DNA of 60,183 nt, the filler included. It is 3 parts of 3 records of this genome, joined end to end, with 100 filler letters (N's around TTAATTAATTAA, not from the genome) between each part and the next. Parts side by side here need not be neighbours in the genome. Positions count along the whole stretch, not along the records: positions 1 to 30,931 come from SRR22947725_231; 2 more parts are not named here. One strand, written 5' to 3'. The notes beneath the pieces are model-generated. The model was given only the letters and a program-made list of their open reading frames with translations, was not told where the DNA came from and did not search any database. This document shows positions 10,399 through 19,601 of this stretch, piece after piece; positions within the stretch are counted from its first letter, which is position 1; the number at the start of each line of letters is the position of its first letter. Made by a program: the position numbers and the translations under genes.

Positions 10399-11398
10399 TA
10401 ATAGCTTTTTTTACTATTGAATTAAAAAGAGACTCATCTTGTAAAAACTCAATTTTGATTTCTAAATAAACCCATTTATTTTTTCTATTTAATAATTGTA
10501 TTTTTTGAAAATCTTTTTCAGTTGTTAGGATTAATTTATTGTTGTCTTTTTCAATTTTATCAATATCATTTTGAGAATAATTATAATGATCTGAAAATGA
10601 AATATGTTCAAAATCAACACTACTTTTGTTTAAAAAACTAATAACAGGTTCGCTGTTAGCAATTCCTGTAACAAATAAGATAGATTTTTCTATTTGATCT
10701 AATTTTAATTTGACATCCCCTTTTAAATTATTATCATATTTAATTTTTGTAAAGAACAGGTTTTGATGATCATAAAGATTGATTTTTTTTCGAATACTAT
10801 CCATTTCATCTTTACAGATTTTTTCTGGACATTTAGATACAACTAAAATGTCTGCCCTTTTATAACCTCTTCTTTTTTCTCTCAAATTACCAATTGGAAT
10901 TACAAAATCTTCATAAAATGGAGAGTTGTACATTGTTAAAAGAATATTAAGTTTTAAATTTATTTTTCGATGTTGAAAACAATCATCTAAAACTACTAAC
11001 TCTGTTTGCGGTTCTTCAAGAATGATTTTTGAAACTCCTCCAACCCTGTTAGAATCAACTGCAGCATTAATATTATTAAACTTTTTGAAAATTTGAAAAG
11101 GTTCATCACCGATTGAACTTGGGTTACTTTTATTAGTTGCTCTAACATATCCACTAGTAGATCTCTTATAGCCTCTACTTATTAATACGGTGTTATACTT
11201 TTTAGAAAAATTTCTAATCAAATATTCGACCATTGGTGTTTTTCCAGTTCCTCCTGAACTTAGATTACCAATTCCAATTAATGGAACATTAAAAGAAATA
11301 GATTTTAACAATTTATAATCATAAAATTTATTTCTAATAGATGTTATTAGATAATACAAAACTCCAAAGGGAATTAATAAAAATTTAAACATTTTCAT
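10391..11398 (-). CDS. lpxK: Tetraacyldisaccharide 4'-kinase
   Basis: [32 protein letters not shown]; start probably 11398 or 11428 rather than 11560, which would overlap the divergent gene. Confidence 0.93.
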   Translation of the reverse strand: MKMFKFLLIPFGVLYYLITSIRNKFYDYKLLKSISFNVPLIGIGNLSSGGTGKTPMVEYLIRNFSKKYNTVLISRGYKRSTSGYVRATNKSNPSSIGDEPFQIFKKFNNINAAVDSNRVGGVSKIILEEPQTELVVLDDCFQHRKINLKLNILLTMYNSPFYEDFVIPIGNLREKRRGYKRADILVVSKCPEKICKDEMDSIRKKINLYDHQNLFFTKIKYDNNLKGDVKLKLDQIEKSILFVTGIANSEPVISFLNKSSVDFEHISFSDHYNYSQNDIDKIEKDNNKLILTTEKDFQKIQLLNRKNKWVYLEIKIEFLQDESLFNSIVKKAIIS

Positions 11399-11456
11399 TA
11401 CAACTAAATTATAATTTAATTCAATCATATAATAATTTTTAACTTTACATATTAAT

Positions 11457-12236
11457 ATGAAATTAAAAGACATAACAAATATTATTGAAAAGTGGTCTCC
11501 TTTAGAGCATGCAGAAACATTTGACAATGTTGGTTTATTGGTTGGTAATCCAAATAACAATATAGATAAAGCACTAATTACAATTGATGCTACTGAAGAC
11601 GTTATTGACGAGGCTATAAATCAAAATTGTAATTTAGTAATAACATTTCACCCCATTATTTTTTCTGGAATAAAACAAATAACAGAAAAAACTTATGTAG
11701 AGCGAGTTGTAGAAAAAGCAATAAAAAACGATATAAATATCTATGCCGTTCACACTAATTTAGATAATAATCCAAAAGGGGTTAATTATAAAATTGCTGA
11801 AAGATTATCATTAAAAAACACCTCACTATTATTAAAAAAAGATAATAATGAAGTTGGAATGGGTATGATTGGAGATTTAAATGATGAACTCAGCGAAATT
11901 GAGTTTTTTGAATTTTTGAAACTTAAAATGAATGTTAAACATATTAAGCATTCTCCACTATTAGGAAAAAAGATAAAGAAAATAGCAGTTTTAGGAGGTT
12001 CTGGAAGTTTTGCTATTGAAGAGGCTATCTGTCAAAAAGCTGATTGTTATGTGACTTCGGATTTAAAATATCATGATTATTTTAAAGCTGAAAAAAAGAT
12101 AATATTAGCAGATATAGGTCACTATGAAAGTGAACAGTTTACAAAACAATTAATTTTAGATTTTCTTAACAAAAAAATTCCTAAGTTTGCGTGCATTATA
12201 TCAAAAACTAAAACGAACCCAGTTAATCATTTTTAA
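11457..12236 (+). CDS. Nif3/DUF34 dinuclear metal-centre protein
   Basis: DNVGLLVG, FHPIIF, HTNLD, GGSG and GHYESE motifs. Confidence 0.92.
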   Translation: MKLKDITNIIEKWSPLEHAETFDNVGLLVGNPNNNIDKALITIDATEDVIDEAINQNCNLVITFHPIIFSGIKQITEKTYVERVVEKAIKNDINIYAVHTNLDNNPKGVNYKIAERLSLKNTSLLLKKDNNEVGMGMIGDLNDELSEIEFFEFLKLKMNVKHIKHSPLLGKKIKKIAVLGGSGSFAIEEAICQKADCYVTSDLKYHDYFKAEKKIILADIGHYESEQFTKQLILDFLNKKIPKFACIISKTKTNPVNHF

Positions 12237-12238
12237 TT

Positions 12239-13018
12239 ATGGCAAAAAAATCAGAATTTACAGTAGAAGACAGGTTAAGAGCATTATATGACCTTCAACT
12301 TATTGATTCAAGAATTGACAAAATTAGAAGCGTTAGAGGCGAATTACCTTTAGAAGTTGAAGATTTAGAAGATGAAGTAGCAGGATTAGAAGTAAGAATA
12401 TCAAAAATAGAAGGTGATTTAAATCAATTCTCAGATGATATCAAAGCAAAAGAAATTGCAACTGAGAATGCCAAAACAATGATTAAAAAATATAATGAGC
12501 AACAAAAGAATGTTAGAAATAATAGAGCTTTTGAATCATTAAGTAAAGAAATTGAATTTCAAGAATTAGAAATAGAACTTTGTGCCAAGCAAACTAGAGA
12601 GCTTCAAGCTCAGATTGAATTAAAAAAACAATCTATTGAAGAAAATAATGTTAAATTAAATGAAAGAAAAGAACATTTAAAACATAAAAAGAATGAACTT
12701 GGAGACATTTTAAAAGAAACTGAAAAAGAAGAAAGTGATCTTATAAAAAAATCCTCTGATTTTGAATCTAAAATTGATGAGTCATTACTTATTTCATATA
12801 AAAAAATTAGAGCAAGTGTTAGAAATGGTTTAGCTGTAGTGGCTGTAGAGAGAGGTGCTTCTGCTGGATCTTTTTTCACTATTCCTCCACAGGTTCAATT
12901 AGATATTGCATCTAGAAAAAAATTCATTACTGACGAACACAGTGGAAGAATTTTAGTTGATAAGGAACTAGCCGAAGAAGAAAATGAAAAAATGAGTAAA
13001 TTATTTACTAGTATTTAA
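12239..13018 (+). CDS. Coiled-coil plus zinc-ribbon-like protein (DUF164/CT398 family) lacking the ribbon cysteines
   Basis: Long coiled coil (LQLIDSRID...ESLSKEIEFQELE) and C-terminal ASAGSFF...DEHSGRIL; usual neighbour of Nif3. Confidence 0.85.
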   Translation: MAKKSEFTVEDRLRALYDLQLIDSRIDKIRSVRGELPLEVEDLEDEVAGLEVRISKIEGDLNQFSDDIKAKEIATENAKTMIKKYNEQQKNVRNNRAFESLSKEIEFQELEIELCAKQTRELQAQIELKKQSIEENNVKLNERKEHLKHKKNELGDILKETEKEESDLIKKSSDFESKIDESLLISYKKIRASVRNGLAVVAVERGASAGSFFTIPPQVQLDIASRKKFITDEHSGRILVDKELAEEENEKMSKLFTSI

Positions 13019-13039
13019 TTACTCCTTTCTATATAATTT

Positions 13040-13065
13040 AAAGCCGCTATTATGCGGCTTTTTTT
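13040..13065 (+). terminator. Rho-independent terminator
   Basis: AAAGCCGC-TATTAT-GCGGCTTTTTTT hairpin with U tract after the operon. Confidence 0.85.
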
Positions 13066-13093
13066 ATGCAATATATTTTAGTATTTTGTTTCT

Positions 13094-14041
13094 ATGATAA
13101 AAAAAGTGATTACACTAATACTAAGTTTAATTGTTCTAGTTTATTTAATTTTTTATGGAAACATTTTTGAATTTGAATTAAATAAATTTCAAATGTCCGT
13201 TTTCAAAGATTCTGTAATTATTTACCTCTTTCTCACTGGCTCATGTTTTTTAGTTGGTGAAATTTCTAGAAATTACAGTCAAGTTGATAAAGTTTGGAGC
13301 ATAGCACCAATAATATATGTGTGGTTTTTTACCTATCATTCTGATTATAATCTAAGAATGATCTTGATGTCAATTTTAGTAACTATTTGGGGGATTAGAT
13401 TAACATATAATTTTTCTAGAAAAAGTGGATATAGTATTTATTTTTGGAAAGGAGAAGAAGATTACAGATGGAAAATACTTAAAGAACGGGTTCCAATTTT
13501 TAATATAAAAATAGTATGGTCGATATTTAATTTATTATTTATTTGCCTTTATCAAATGGGCTTAATCTTTCTTTTCAGTCTACCTATCTTAGCAGCATGG
13601 CAAGGAGAGGGCTCCGCTATAAATGTTTATGATATTATTATAGCAATATTAATGTTATCATTTATTATTACCGAGTCAATAGCTGATAAACAGCAATTTG
13701 AATTTCAATTTAATAAGTACAAAAAAATTGATAATAACGAAACTTTAACAGGAGATTTTAAAAGAGGATTTATTTCTAAAGGACTATGGAGTATTTCTAG
13801 GCATCCAAATTTTATTTCTGAGCAATTAATTTGGGTTACATTTTATCTTTTTTCAATTTCAGCTACTGGAATCTACTTAAATTGGTCAATAATAGGGTGT
13901 GTTTTACTTATCATTCTTTTTTATAACAGTGCTAATTACACAGAAAGTATAAGTGAAAAGAAATATCCTGATTATAAACAATACAAGAAAAAAGTTTCTA
14001 TGTTTTTGGGAGTTAAAAAAATGAACTGGGAAGAAAATTAA
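13094..14041 (+). CDS. DUF1295 membrane protein (steroid 5-alpha reductase/ICMT-like)
   Basis: NYSQVDKVWS, EDYRW, ESIADKQQF, GLWSISRHPNF. Confidence 0.85.
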   Translation: MIKKVITLILSLIVLVYLIFYGNIFEFELNKFQMSVFKDSVIIYLFLTGSCFLVGEISRNYSQVDKVWSIAPIIYVWFFTYHSDYNLRMILMSILVTIWGIRLTYNFSRKSGYSIYFWKGEEDYRWKILKERVPIFNIKIVWSIFNLLFICLYQMGLIFLFSLPILAAWQGEGSAINVYDIIIAILMLSFIITESIADKQQFEFQFNKYKKIDNNETLTGDFKRGFISKGLWSISRHPNFISEQLIWVTFYLFSISATGIYLNWSIIGCVLLIILFYNSANYTESISEKKYPDYKQYKKKVSMFLGVKKMNWEEN

Positions 14042-14430
14042 TTACAATCAGAATTTAATCTAATTAGACTGTAACCTGGTGTTGTAAAGTTTGCCTTACC
14101 ACCATCACATTCAAATGTAACAGGCGTTACTAATTCACTGCCAAAATTCAAATCAACAGTTAGGATATCATTTTCAAATGTGTAATTAAGAATACTCGGA
14201 AGGTGATTTCCATCATTTGCTGTGTATGAATTGTATAATGAATTACAATCTCCTTCTACACAGTAATAAGTATAACGCACTCCATTTTCATAGAGATACA
14301 TTGTGTTTCCCTCTGGTATAGTTCCTTGTGCAAGCCATTTACCTTCAATTGAATTATATATAGTAGGTAAATTTTCAGATTTTTCACAACTAAAAAAGAA
14401 AATTGAAATGATTAAAAATATATTTTTCAT
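14038..14430 (-). CDS. Hypothetical lipoprotein (possibly lipocalin-like)
   Basis: Lipobox FFSC, IEGKW motif, four further Cys residues. Confidence 0.7.
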   Translation of the reverse strand: MKNIFLIISIFFFSCEKSENLPTIYNSIEGKWLAQGTIPEGNTMYLYENGVRYTYYCVEGDCNSLYNSYTANDGNHLPSILNYTFENDILTVDLNFGSELVTPVTFECDGGKANFTTPGYSLIRLNSDCN

Positions 14431-14458
14431 TCTATTAATATACTATTTAAAAATTAAC

Positions 14459-14510
14459 TAATGTAACGTTTGCGTATCACTGAAATTAATGTTACGTTTG
14501 CGTTACATTA
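14459..14510. promoter_or_regulatory. Putative operator with tandem TGTAAC/GTTACA boxes
   Basis: 17-bp direct repeat TAATGT(A/T)ACGTTTGCGT at 14459 and 14487; TAATGTAACG (14459-14468) is a perfect inverted repeat of CGTTACATTA (14501-14510). Confidence 0.65.
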
Positions 14511-14528
14511 ATCAAATAAATTATAGTT

Positions 14529-14918
14529 ATGGAAAATTTAATACCAATAATCGGAATGCTCTCAGGAACAGCTGTACCGGTTGCTGTGTTCATATGGTTA
14601 TACTATGAAGGAAAAGGAAAAAGAGAAACAGTTTTGGAAATCTCTAAAAATCTTGAGGACACTTCAAAAGTAGAAGAGTTATTAAAAATTTTTGAGGAAA
14701 GAAAAAAGGAACCTATTGATTATCGTAGAAATGGAGTAATAACAATTTTTGTTGGTGCGGGTCTCTGGCTTCTTGGTTATATAGCACTTGGAGTTATTTT
14801 AAAAGGAGTTGGAGGTATGGTTGGATTAATAGGAGTTGGGACTTTGATAGCCGGTTACCTGTACCCAAATACAGGAAAAGAGCTTACAAATGCTGTTGAC
14901 GATTTCGAAAAGCAATAA
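14529..14918 (+). CDS. Small membrane protein (DUF6249-like)
   Basis: One N-terminal TM, a charged linker and two Gly-rich TMs. Confidence 0.65.
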   Translation: MENLIPIIGMLSGTAVPVAVFIWLYYEGKGKRETVLEISKNLEDTSKVEELLKIFEERKKEPIDYRRNGVITIFVGAGLWLLGYIALGVILKGVGGMVGLIGVGTLIAGYLYPNTGKELTNAVDDFEKQ

Positions 14919-14920
14919 AC

Positions 14921-15133
14921 ATGGGTAAAAACCATAAAAAGCTTTTAAATAACTTAGAGGATCTAAGAAAAACTGCTAATTTAACTCAACAAGAACTTTC
15001 AATATCTGCTGAAGTTTCTCGTAAAAGTATAAATGCTATAGAAAATGGAGTTTATGTTCCATCAACTGTTCTTGCATTAAAAATTGCAAAAACCTTGGAT
15101 TGTAAAGTAGAAGATATTTTCAAATTACCCTAA
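14921..15133 (+). CDS. XRE/Cro-family HTH transcriptional regulator
   Basis: LTQQELS...VSRKSINAIENG.YVPS..LALKIA. Confidence 0.92.
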   Translation: MGKNHKKLLNNLEDLRKTANLTQQELSISAEVSRKSINAIENGVYVPSTVLALKIAKTLDCKVEDIFKLP

Positions 15134-15190
15134 ATAAATAAACCAGATATTAACTTTGAAAAGTAAAATTTTTAATTAGAATTGAAATAT

Positions 15191-15222
15191 AAAAAAACCC
15201 ACTCAAATGAGTGGGTTTTTTT
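15191..15222. terminator. Bidirectional terminator between the XRE gene and tRNA-Val
   Basis: AAAAAAACCCACTCA-AA-TGAGTGGGTTTTTTT perfect inverted repeat with A and T tracts. Confidence 0.85.
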
Positions 15223-15224
15223 TG

Positions 15225-15299
15225 TGGGCGCTAAGGGATTCGAACCCCTGACCCCTTGGGTGTAAACCAAGTGCTCTGAACCAACTGAGCTAAGCGCCC
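15225..15299 (-). tRNA. tRNA-Val(UAC)
   Basis: Minus strand GGGCGCTTAGCTCAGTTGG...CTTGG-TTTACAC-CCAAG...GGTTCGAATCC...GCGCCCA folds as a cloverleaf with anticodon TAC; TATATTTG promoter element at 15311-15318. Confidence 0.96.
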
Positions 15300-15328
15300 T
15301 AAAACGATGGCAAATATAATATAATTAT

Positions 15329-15907
15329 TTAATCATATGCTATATCATTCTTAATATCTTTTTTAACTGTTTTTAGATATTTTTCTCTCTTTTCTTGTGA
15401 CACAAAAGGAACCGACCAGAACTGTCTAGTTTTTGTAAAAAGAGATAATCTCCATCCAAAAACAAATGTATAAACTCCCATAACTAATCTCAATTTTACA
15501 GAATTTAGATATAAAGTTAAAACAGGAATTGCAGGAGCACCATGAGTAACGTAGGTTCTTACTTTTTTATTTTTTAAAAAAGGTTTAGGGTAAGCATATA
15601 ATTTAGTAATATTAACAAATTCATATGCAAATCCAGGTGCAAAAACTTCATCAAAAAATATTTCCATTCTTGGTGTTAATCTAAACCACCAAACAGGTGA
15701 TATAAAGTAAATTCTTTCGGACCAAGTAACTAAGTCTTGATATTTCTTTATTAATTTAGTTCTTGGTCTAGTGAAACTATCTCTGTACAAATCAATAATT
15801 TCAATTTCTTCTTTATTTGTAGATAATTCATTTTTAACAGTCTTAAAAATACCATCATAACAAAATGATTCAGTATTTGGATGACCTACAATGATTAAAT
15901 TTTTCAT
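15329..15907 (-). CDS. Flavodoxin-2 family NAD(P)H-dependent oxidoreductase
   Basis: IIVGHPNTESF, DLY, SPVWW, FFDEVFAPGFAY, THGAP. Confidence 0.85.
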   Translation of the reverse strand: MKNLIIVGHPNTESFCYDGIFKTVKNELSTNKEEIEIIDLYRDSFTRPRTKLIKKYQDLVTWSERIYFISPVWWFRLTPRMEIFFDEVFAPGFAYEFVNITKLYAYPKPFLKNKKVRTYVTHGAPAIPVLTLYLNSVKLRLVMGVYTFVFGWRLSLFTKTRQFWSVPFVSQEKREKYLKTVKKDIKNDIAYD

Positions 15908-15924
15908 AATTATTGAAATTTTAT

Positions 15925-16833
15925 TTATTCAATTAAACCGTCTATATCATATTTTGAAACAAAATCCCAAATTAACTGACCAGTATTTTTACCATTAAAA
16001 TCGTTATTAAACCAAACATGTTCACCACCAATAATTTTATAATGTTCTACTGAAACATTATTATCTCCGTTTTCGTATTTGTAACTTGTTATTGAAGTTC
16101 CGTTGTCATCAATATTATTAATTATTGGGTCAGTATTAGTATTATTAAAACTTACCCAAAAATTAAGAACAGAATCTACAGAATTATAAACTCCTTCTCC
16201 ATCATAATAATCAGTTGTTCCATGTAGCTTTATTAATGGAATTGAGTGAGAAGGTGTACATTCTGATTCAGAGACTGAACTGGTCGATTGAAGCATATAT
16301 CCAGAAACTGAACCAATAGCAGCGATTAAATTGCTCTTGTAACAAGCTAAAGCATAACTCATCATACCACCATTTGAATACCCAACGGCATAAACTCTTT
16401 TTAAATCAATTAAATTTTCAGAAGATAATTTATTGATTAAAGCTTCGATAAAACCAAAGTCATCTACATCAGATTTATTATCACCTCCGTTCAAGGCAGC
16501 ATTCCAATGAGGAGAACCGTCCAAATCAGTTCCTTGAGGATATACTAAAATGAAATTCTCAGAATCAGCAGTAGATCTCATATTAGTATACGACATATAA
16601 TCACCTGCCTGTCCACCGAATCCATGAAAATTTAATAAAAGTGGTAATTTTGAAGTCCCATCATAACCTTGAGGAGTATAAATAATATATTTCCTGTCTA
16701 CACCATTGTGAGTTATAGTTTCAATAGGCCCATCATAAGACGAATCATCTTTGTCATAACCATCTTTTTCAAATTCATCACTTGAGCAAGAAAAAGAAAA
16801 AATTAAAGTAAATAATAAAATAAAGTTTCTCAT
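15925..16833 (-). CDS. Lipoprotein esterase, PHB depolymerase/LpqC-like
   Basis: Lipobox FSC, PLLLNFHG, VYPQG, GYSNGG nucleophile elbow, HGTTD, GGEHVW. Confidence 0.85.
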   Translation of the reverse strand: MRNFILLFTLIFSFSCSSDEFEKDGYDKDDSSYDGPIETITHNGVDRKYIIYTPQGYDGTSKLPLLLNFHGFGGQAGDYMSYTNMRSTADSENFILVYPQGTDLDGSPHWNAALNGGDNKSDVDDFGFIEALINKLSSENLIDLKRVYAVGYSNGGMMSYALACYKSNLIAAIGSVSGYMLQSTSSVSESECTPSHSIPLIKLHGTTDYYDGEGVYNSVDSVLNFWVSFNNTNTDPIINNIDDNGTSITSYKYENGDNNVSVEHYKIIGGEHVWFNNDFNGKNTGQLIWDFVSKYDIDGLIE

Positions 16834-16863
16834 ACTAATAGTTTTTCAAAATTCATACCAAAA

Positions 16864-18069
16864 TTATAAAATTTCAGAAACAGTAAAATTACTTCCTCCA
16901 ATAAAAATTAAATCGTTATCAGAAGAACTTGACAAAGCAGAATTGTAAGCACCCAAAACAGTATCATGCAAACTGTATTTAAGTTTATTAACAGAACCAT
17001 AACTAGCTAAACTATCTAAAGAAAGTCCCCTTTCAATTTTTGGTGTACAAAAGAAATAATTAGCGTTTTTTGGAAGAATATCAATGATTTTTTTAAAATC
17101 TTTTCCTTTTACAAATCCTAAAACCAAATTTAAATTATCAAATTTTAAAGAATTTATATGGTCTTTAATTACTTGAAATGCTTCTACATTATGACCAACA
17201 TCACATATAACTTTTGGTAAGTCATTCAAAATCTGAACTCTTCCCATAAGTCCAGTATTTTTTTTAATATTCAAAAGACCATTTTCAATATCTTTATTAG
17301 AAATACTAAAATCTTTCAACAAAGAAATTACTTTAACAACTCCATTTATATTTTTATTTTGAAAATCACCTGATAAATCAGTTTTGAATTTTTTTTGATC
17401 ATCAGCTAGAAAAATATCTGTTTCAATTGTATGAGCTTTATTTTCAAAAATTGGATAGGTTTCTTTTTGAAATTCACTGATTACAATTGGAATATCTTTT
17501 TTGATTATGCCAGCTTTTTCATTTGCAATATCTATTAAATTATTACCTAAAAATTCTTTATGGTCTAATCCAATATTTGTAATAAGAGAAACTAGAGGAT
17601 TTAAAATATTTGTAGAGTCCAACCTGCCTCCAAGTCCAGTTTCAATAACTGCGATATCAACATTCGATTTAGCAAAATAATCAAATGCCATGGCCACAGT
17701 CATTTCAAAAAATGAAATTTTATTGTTTTCAAAAAAATCAATATGTTTTGTTACAAAATCAGAAACAAAATTTTTTTCTATAAATTTTCCATTTAATTTA
17801 ATTCGCTCACGAAAGTCTAATAAATGAGGAGAAGTATACAATCCAACCCTTAATCCTGATTCCTGCAATATTGATGATAACATGTGAGAACTTGAACCTT
17901 TTCCATTAGTTCCAGCCACATGTATAGACTTAAAAGTATTTTGAGGATTTTTTAAGTAATCGCAAGTCTTTAAAATAGGCCCTAAGTCTACTTTATACTT
18001 AAATTTGCCGTCTATTTGATAAACAGGTAATTGATTAAAAAGCCAATTAACTGTTTGTGTATAATTCAT
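16864..18069 (-). CDS. folC: Folylpolyglutamate/dihydrofolate synthase
   Basis: HVAGTNGKGS, YTSPHL, ETGLGGRLDSTN, DVGHN. Confidence 0.96.
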   Translation of the reverse strand: MNYTQTVNWLFNQLPVYQIDGKFKYKVDLGPILKTCDYLKNPQNTFKSIHVAGTNGKGSSSHMLSSILQESGLRVGLYTSPHLLDFRERIKLNGKFIEKNFVSDFVTKHIDFFENNKISFFEMTVAMAFDYFAKSNVDIAVIETGLGGRLDSTNILNPLVSLITNIGLDHKEFLGNNLIDIANEKAGIIKKDIPIVISEFQKETYPIFENKAHTIETDIFLADDQKKFKTDLSGDFQNKNINGVVKVISLLKDFSISNKDIENGLLNIKKNTGLMGRVQILNDLPKVICDVGHNVEAFQVIKDHINSLKFDNLNLVLGFVKGKDFKKIIDILPKNANYFFCTPKIERGLSLDSLASYGSVNKLKYSLHDTVLGAYNSALSSSSDNDLIFIGGSNFTVSEIL

Positions 18070-18074
18070 TAGTG

Positions 18075-19397
18075 CTAAAGAACAAAATCTCTAAGTAACA
18101 TAAATGTTCCGTATCCGGATAAAAAACCTATTAGTGCTAGAATAGCAACTTTTTTTAGATACCAGAAAAAATCAATTTTCTCCATACCCATTGCTACAAC
18201 TCCAGCAGCTGATCCTATAATCAACATACTTCCGCCTGTCCCAGCAGAAAAAGCTAAACCATGCCATAAGGGATCGTCAAGTAAATTTGGGAACATACCC
18301 ATTGAGGCAGCAACTAACGGAACATTATCAATAACAGCGGATAAAAACCCAAACAATATCATTAATACGTCAGTGTTTGGAAATAATTCAGTTAAATATC
18401 CAGCAAAATTAAAAAGAATTCCAAGCGACTCTAATGCTCCTACTGCTAATAATATTCCTAAAAAGAATAAAATACTAGGAAGCTCAATTTTAGAGAGTGA
18501 TTTATGTACTGGACTGTGATGAGCAACAGCATCACTTTCTGAATCAACATTAGAAATATTAATTTTTTTATTTGACAATATTTCAGCAATAGTAGCCACA
18601 AAAGCCAGCGAAAGCATCATTCCAACATAAGGAGGAAGATGAGTAATTACTTTAAAAAAGGGAACAAATAATATAGAGCCTAATCCTAAAAAAAGCATTT
18701 TATTTCCATAAGGACTACTGTCTTCGTTAATTTCAGTTACTTCTAATTCGCCCTTAAAAATGCTAAATTTTGATGCTATTAAAAATGGAACTACCATACA
18801 AACAATGGAAGGAATAATCAAGTATTTAACAAGGTTAACTTCACTGACTTTATTACCAATCCATAACATAGTTGTAGTAATGTCTCCAATAGGAGACCAA
18901 GCTCCTCCAGCATTAGCGGCAATAATTATTAAACCAGCATACCATAATTTTAAGGATCTTACTTTTACAAGTTTTTGAAGTAAGGTTATAAGAACAATAG
19001 TGGCAGTAAGGTTATCAATTATGGCAGAAAGAATGAAAGCTAATGCACCAAAAATCCATAAGATTTTTACTTTACTTCTTGTCTTAATAACCTGTTTAAT
19101 TCCTGAAAATCCATCGAAATAGTCAATTATTTCTACAATAGTCATTGCACCTAAAAGAAAAATTAAAATTTCAGCTGTTTTACCCAAATGATGTAATAAA
19201 ACCTCCTCAATGTGTGTTGGTTCTAATTTTAATAATTCTAAATTGATGTCGTAAACATCTAAATGATTTAATGCAATAATTGCCCATAAAATACCCATCA
19301 TTCCTAGAGCAGGAATAAGTTTATCAATTTTTATTGAATGTTCAAGAGTGATTAAAATGTAGCCTAAAACAAATACTGAAATAATAAGAATTTCCAT
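18075..19397 (-). CDS. nhaD: Na+/H+ antiporter NhaD
   Basis: IDNLT, AANAGGAWSPIGDITT, DNVPLVAA, GTGGSMLIIGSAAG. Confidence 0.9.
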   Translation of the reverse strand: MEILIISVFVLGYILITLEHSIKIDKLIPALGMMGILWAIIALNHLDVYDINLELLKLEPTHIEEVLLHHLGKTAEILIFLLGAMTIVEIIDYFDGFSGIKQVIKTRSKVKILWIFGALAFILSAIIDNLTATIVLITLLQKLVKVRSLKLWYAGLIIIAANAGGAWSPIGDITTTMLWIGNKVSEVNLVKYLIIPSIVCMVVPFLIASKFSIFKGELEVTEINEDSSPYGNKMLFLGLGSILFVPFFKVITHLPPYVGMMLSLAFVATIAEILSNKKINISNVDSESDAVAHHSPVHKSLSKIELPSILFFLGILLAVGALESLGILFNFAGYLTELFPNTDVLMILFGFLSAVIDNVPLVAASMGMFPNLLDDPLWHGLAFSAGTGGSMLIIGSAAGVVAMGMEKIDFFWYLKKVAILALIGFLSGYGTFMLLRDFVL

Positions 19398-19601
19398 AAA
19401 AAAAATTTGAGCTTAAAAATATATAAAAAAAAATTAATAGAAAGCATTTTGAAAAATATTCAAAATAATAGTTTTAAAATATGAAATAATCAATATTTAG
19501 GTATATAATTATCAACTTAACATAAATATTGAGTTTGTGGCATAATCGTTGAACAATAAAAACATAAATAGATATCTTTATCGGTTCCAATTATAATTTT
19601 T

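Noticed and set aside
11399..11560. N-terminal extension of LpxK in the ORF track
   Set aside because: It overlaps the divergent Nif3 gene head-to-head, and LpxK-like sequence begins only near 11398
15225..15299. tRNA-Val as the att site of a prophage or integrative element
   Set aside because: No integrase, phage gene or duplicated tRNA 3' fragment seen in the contig
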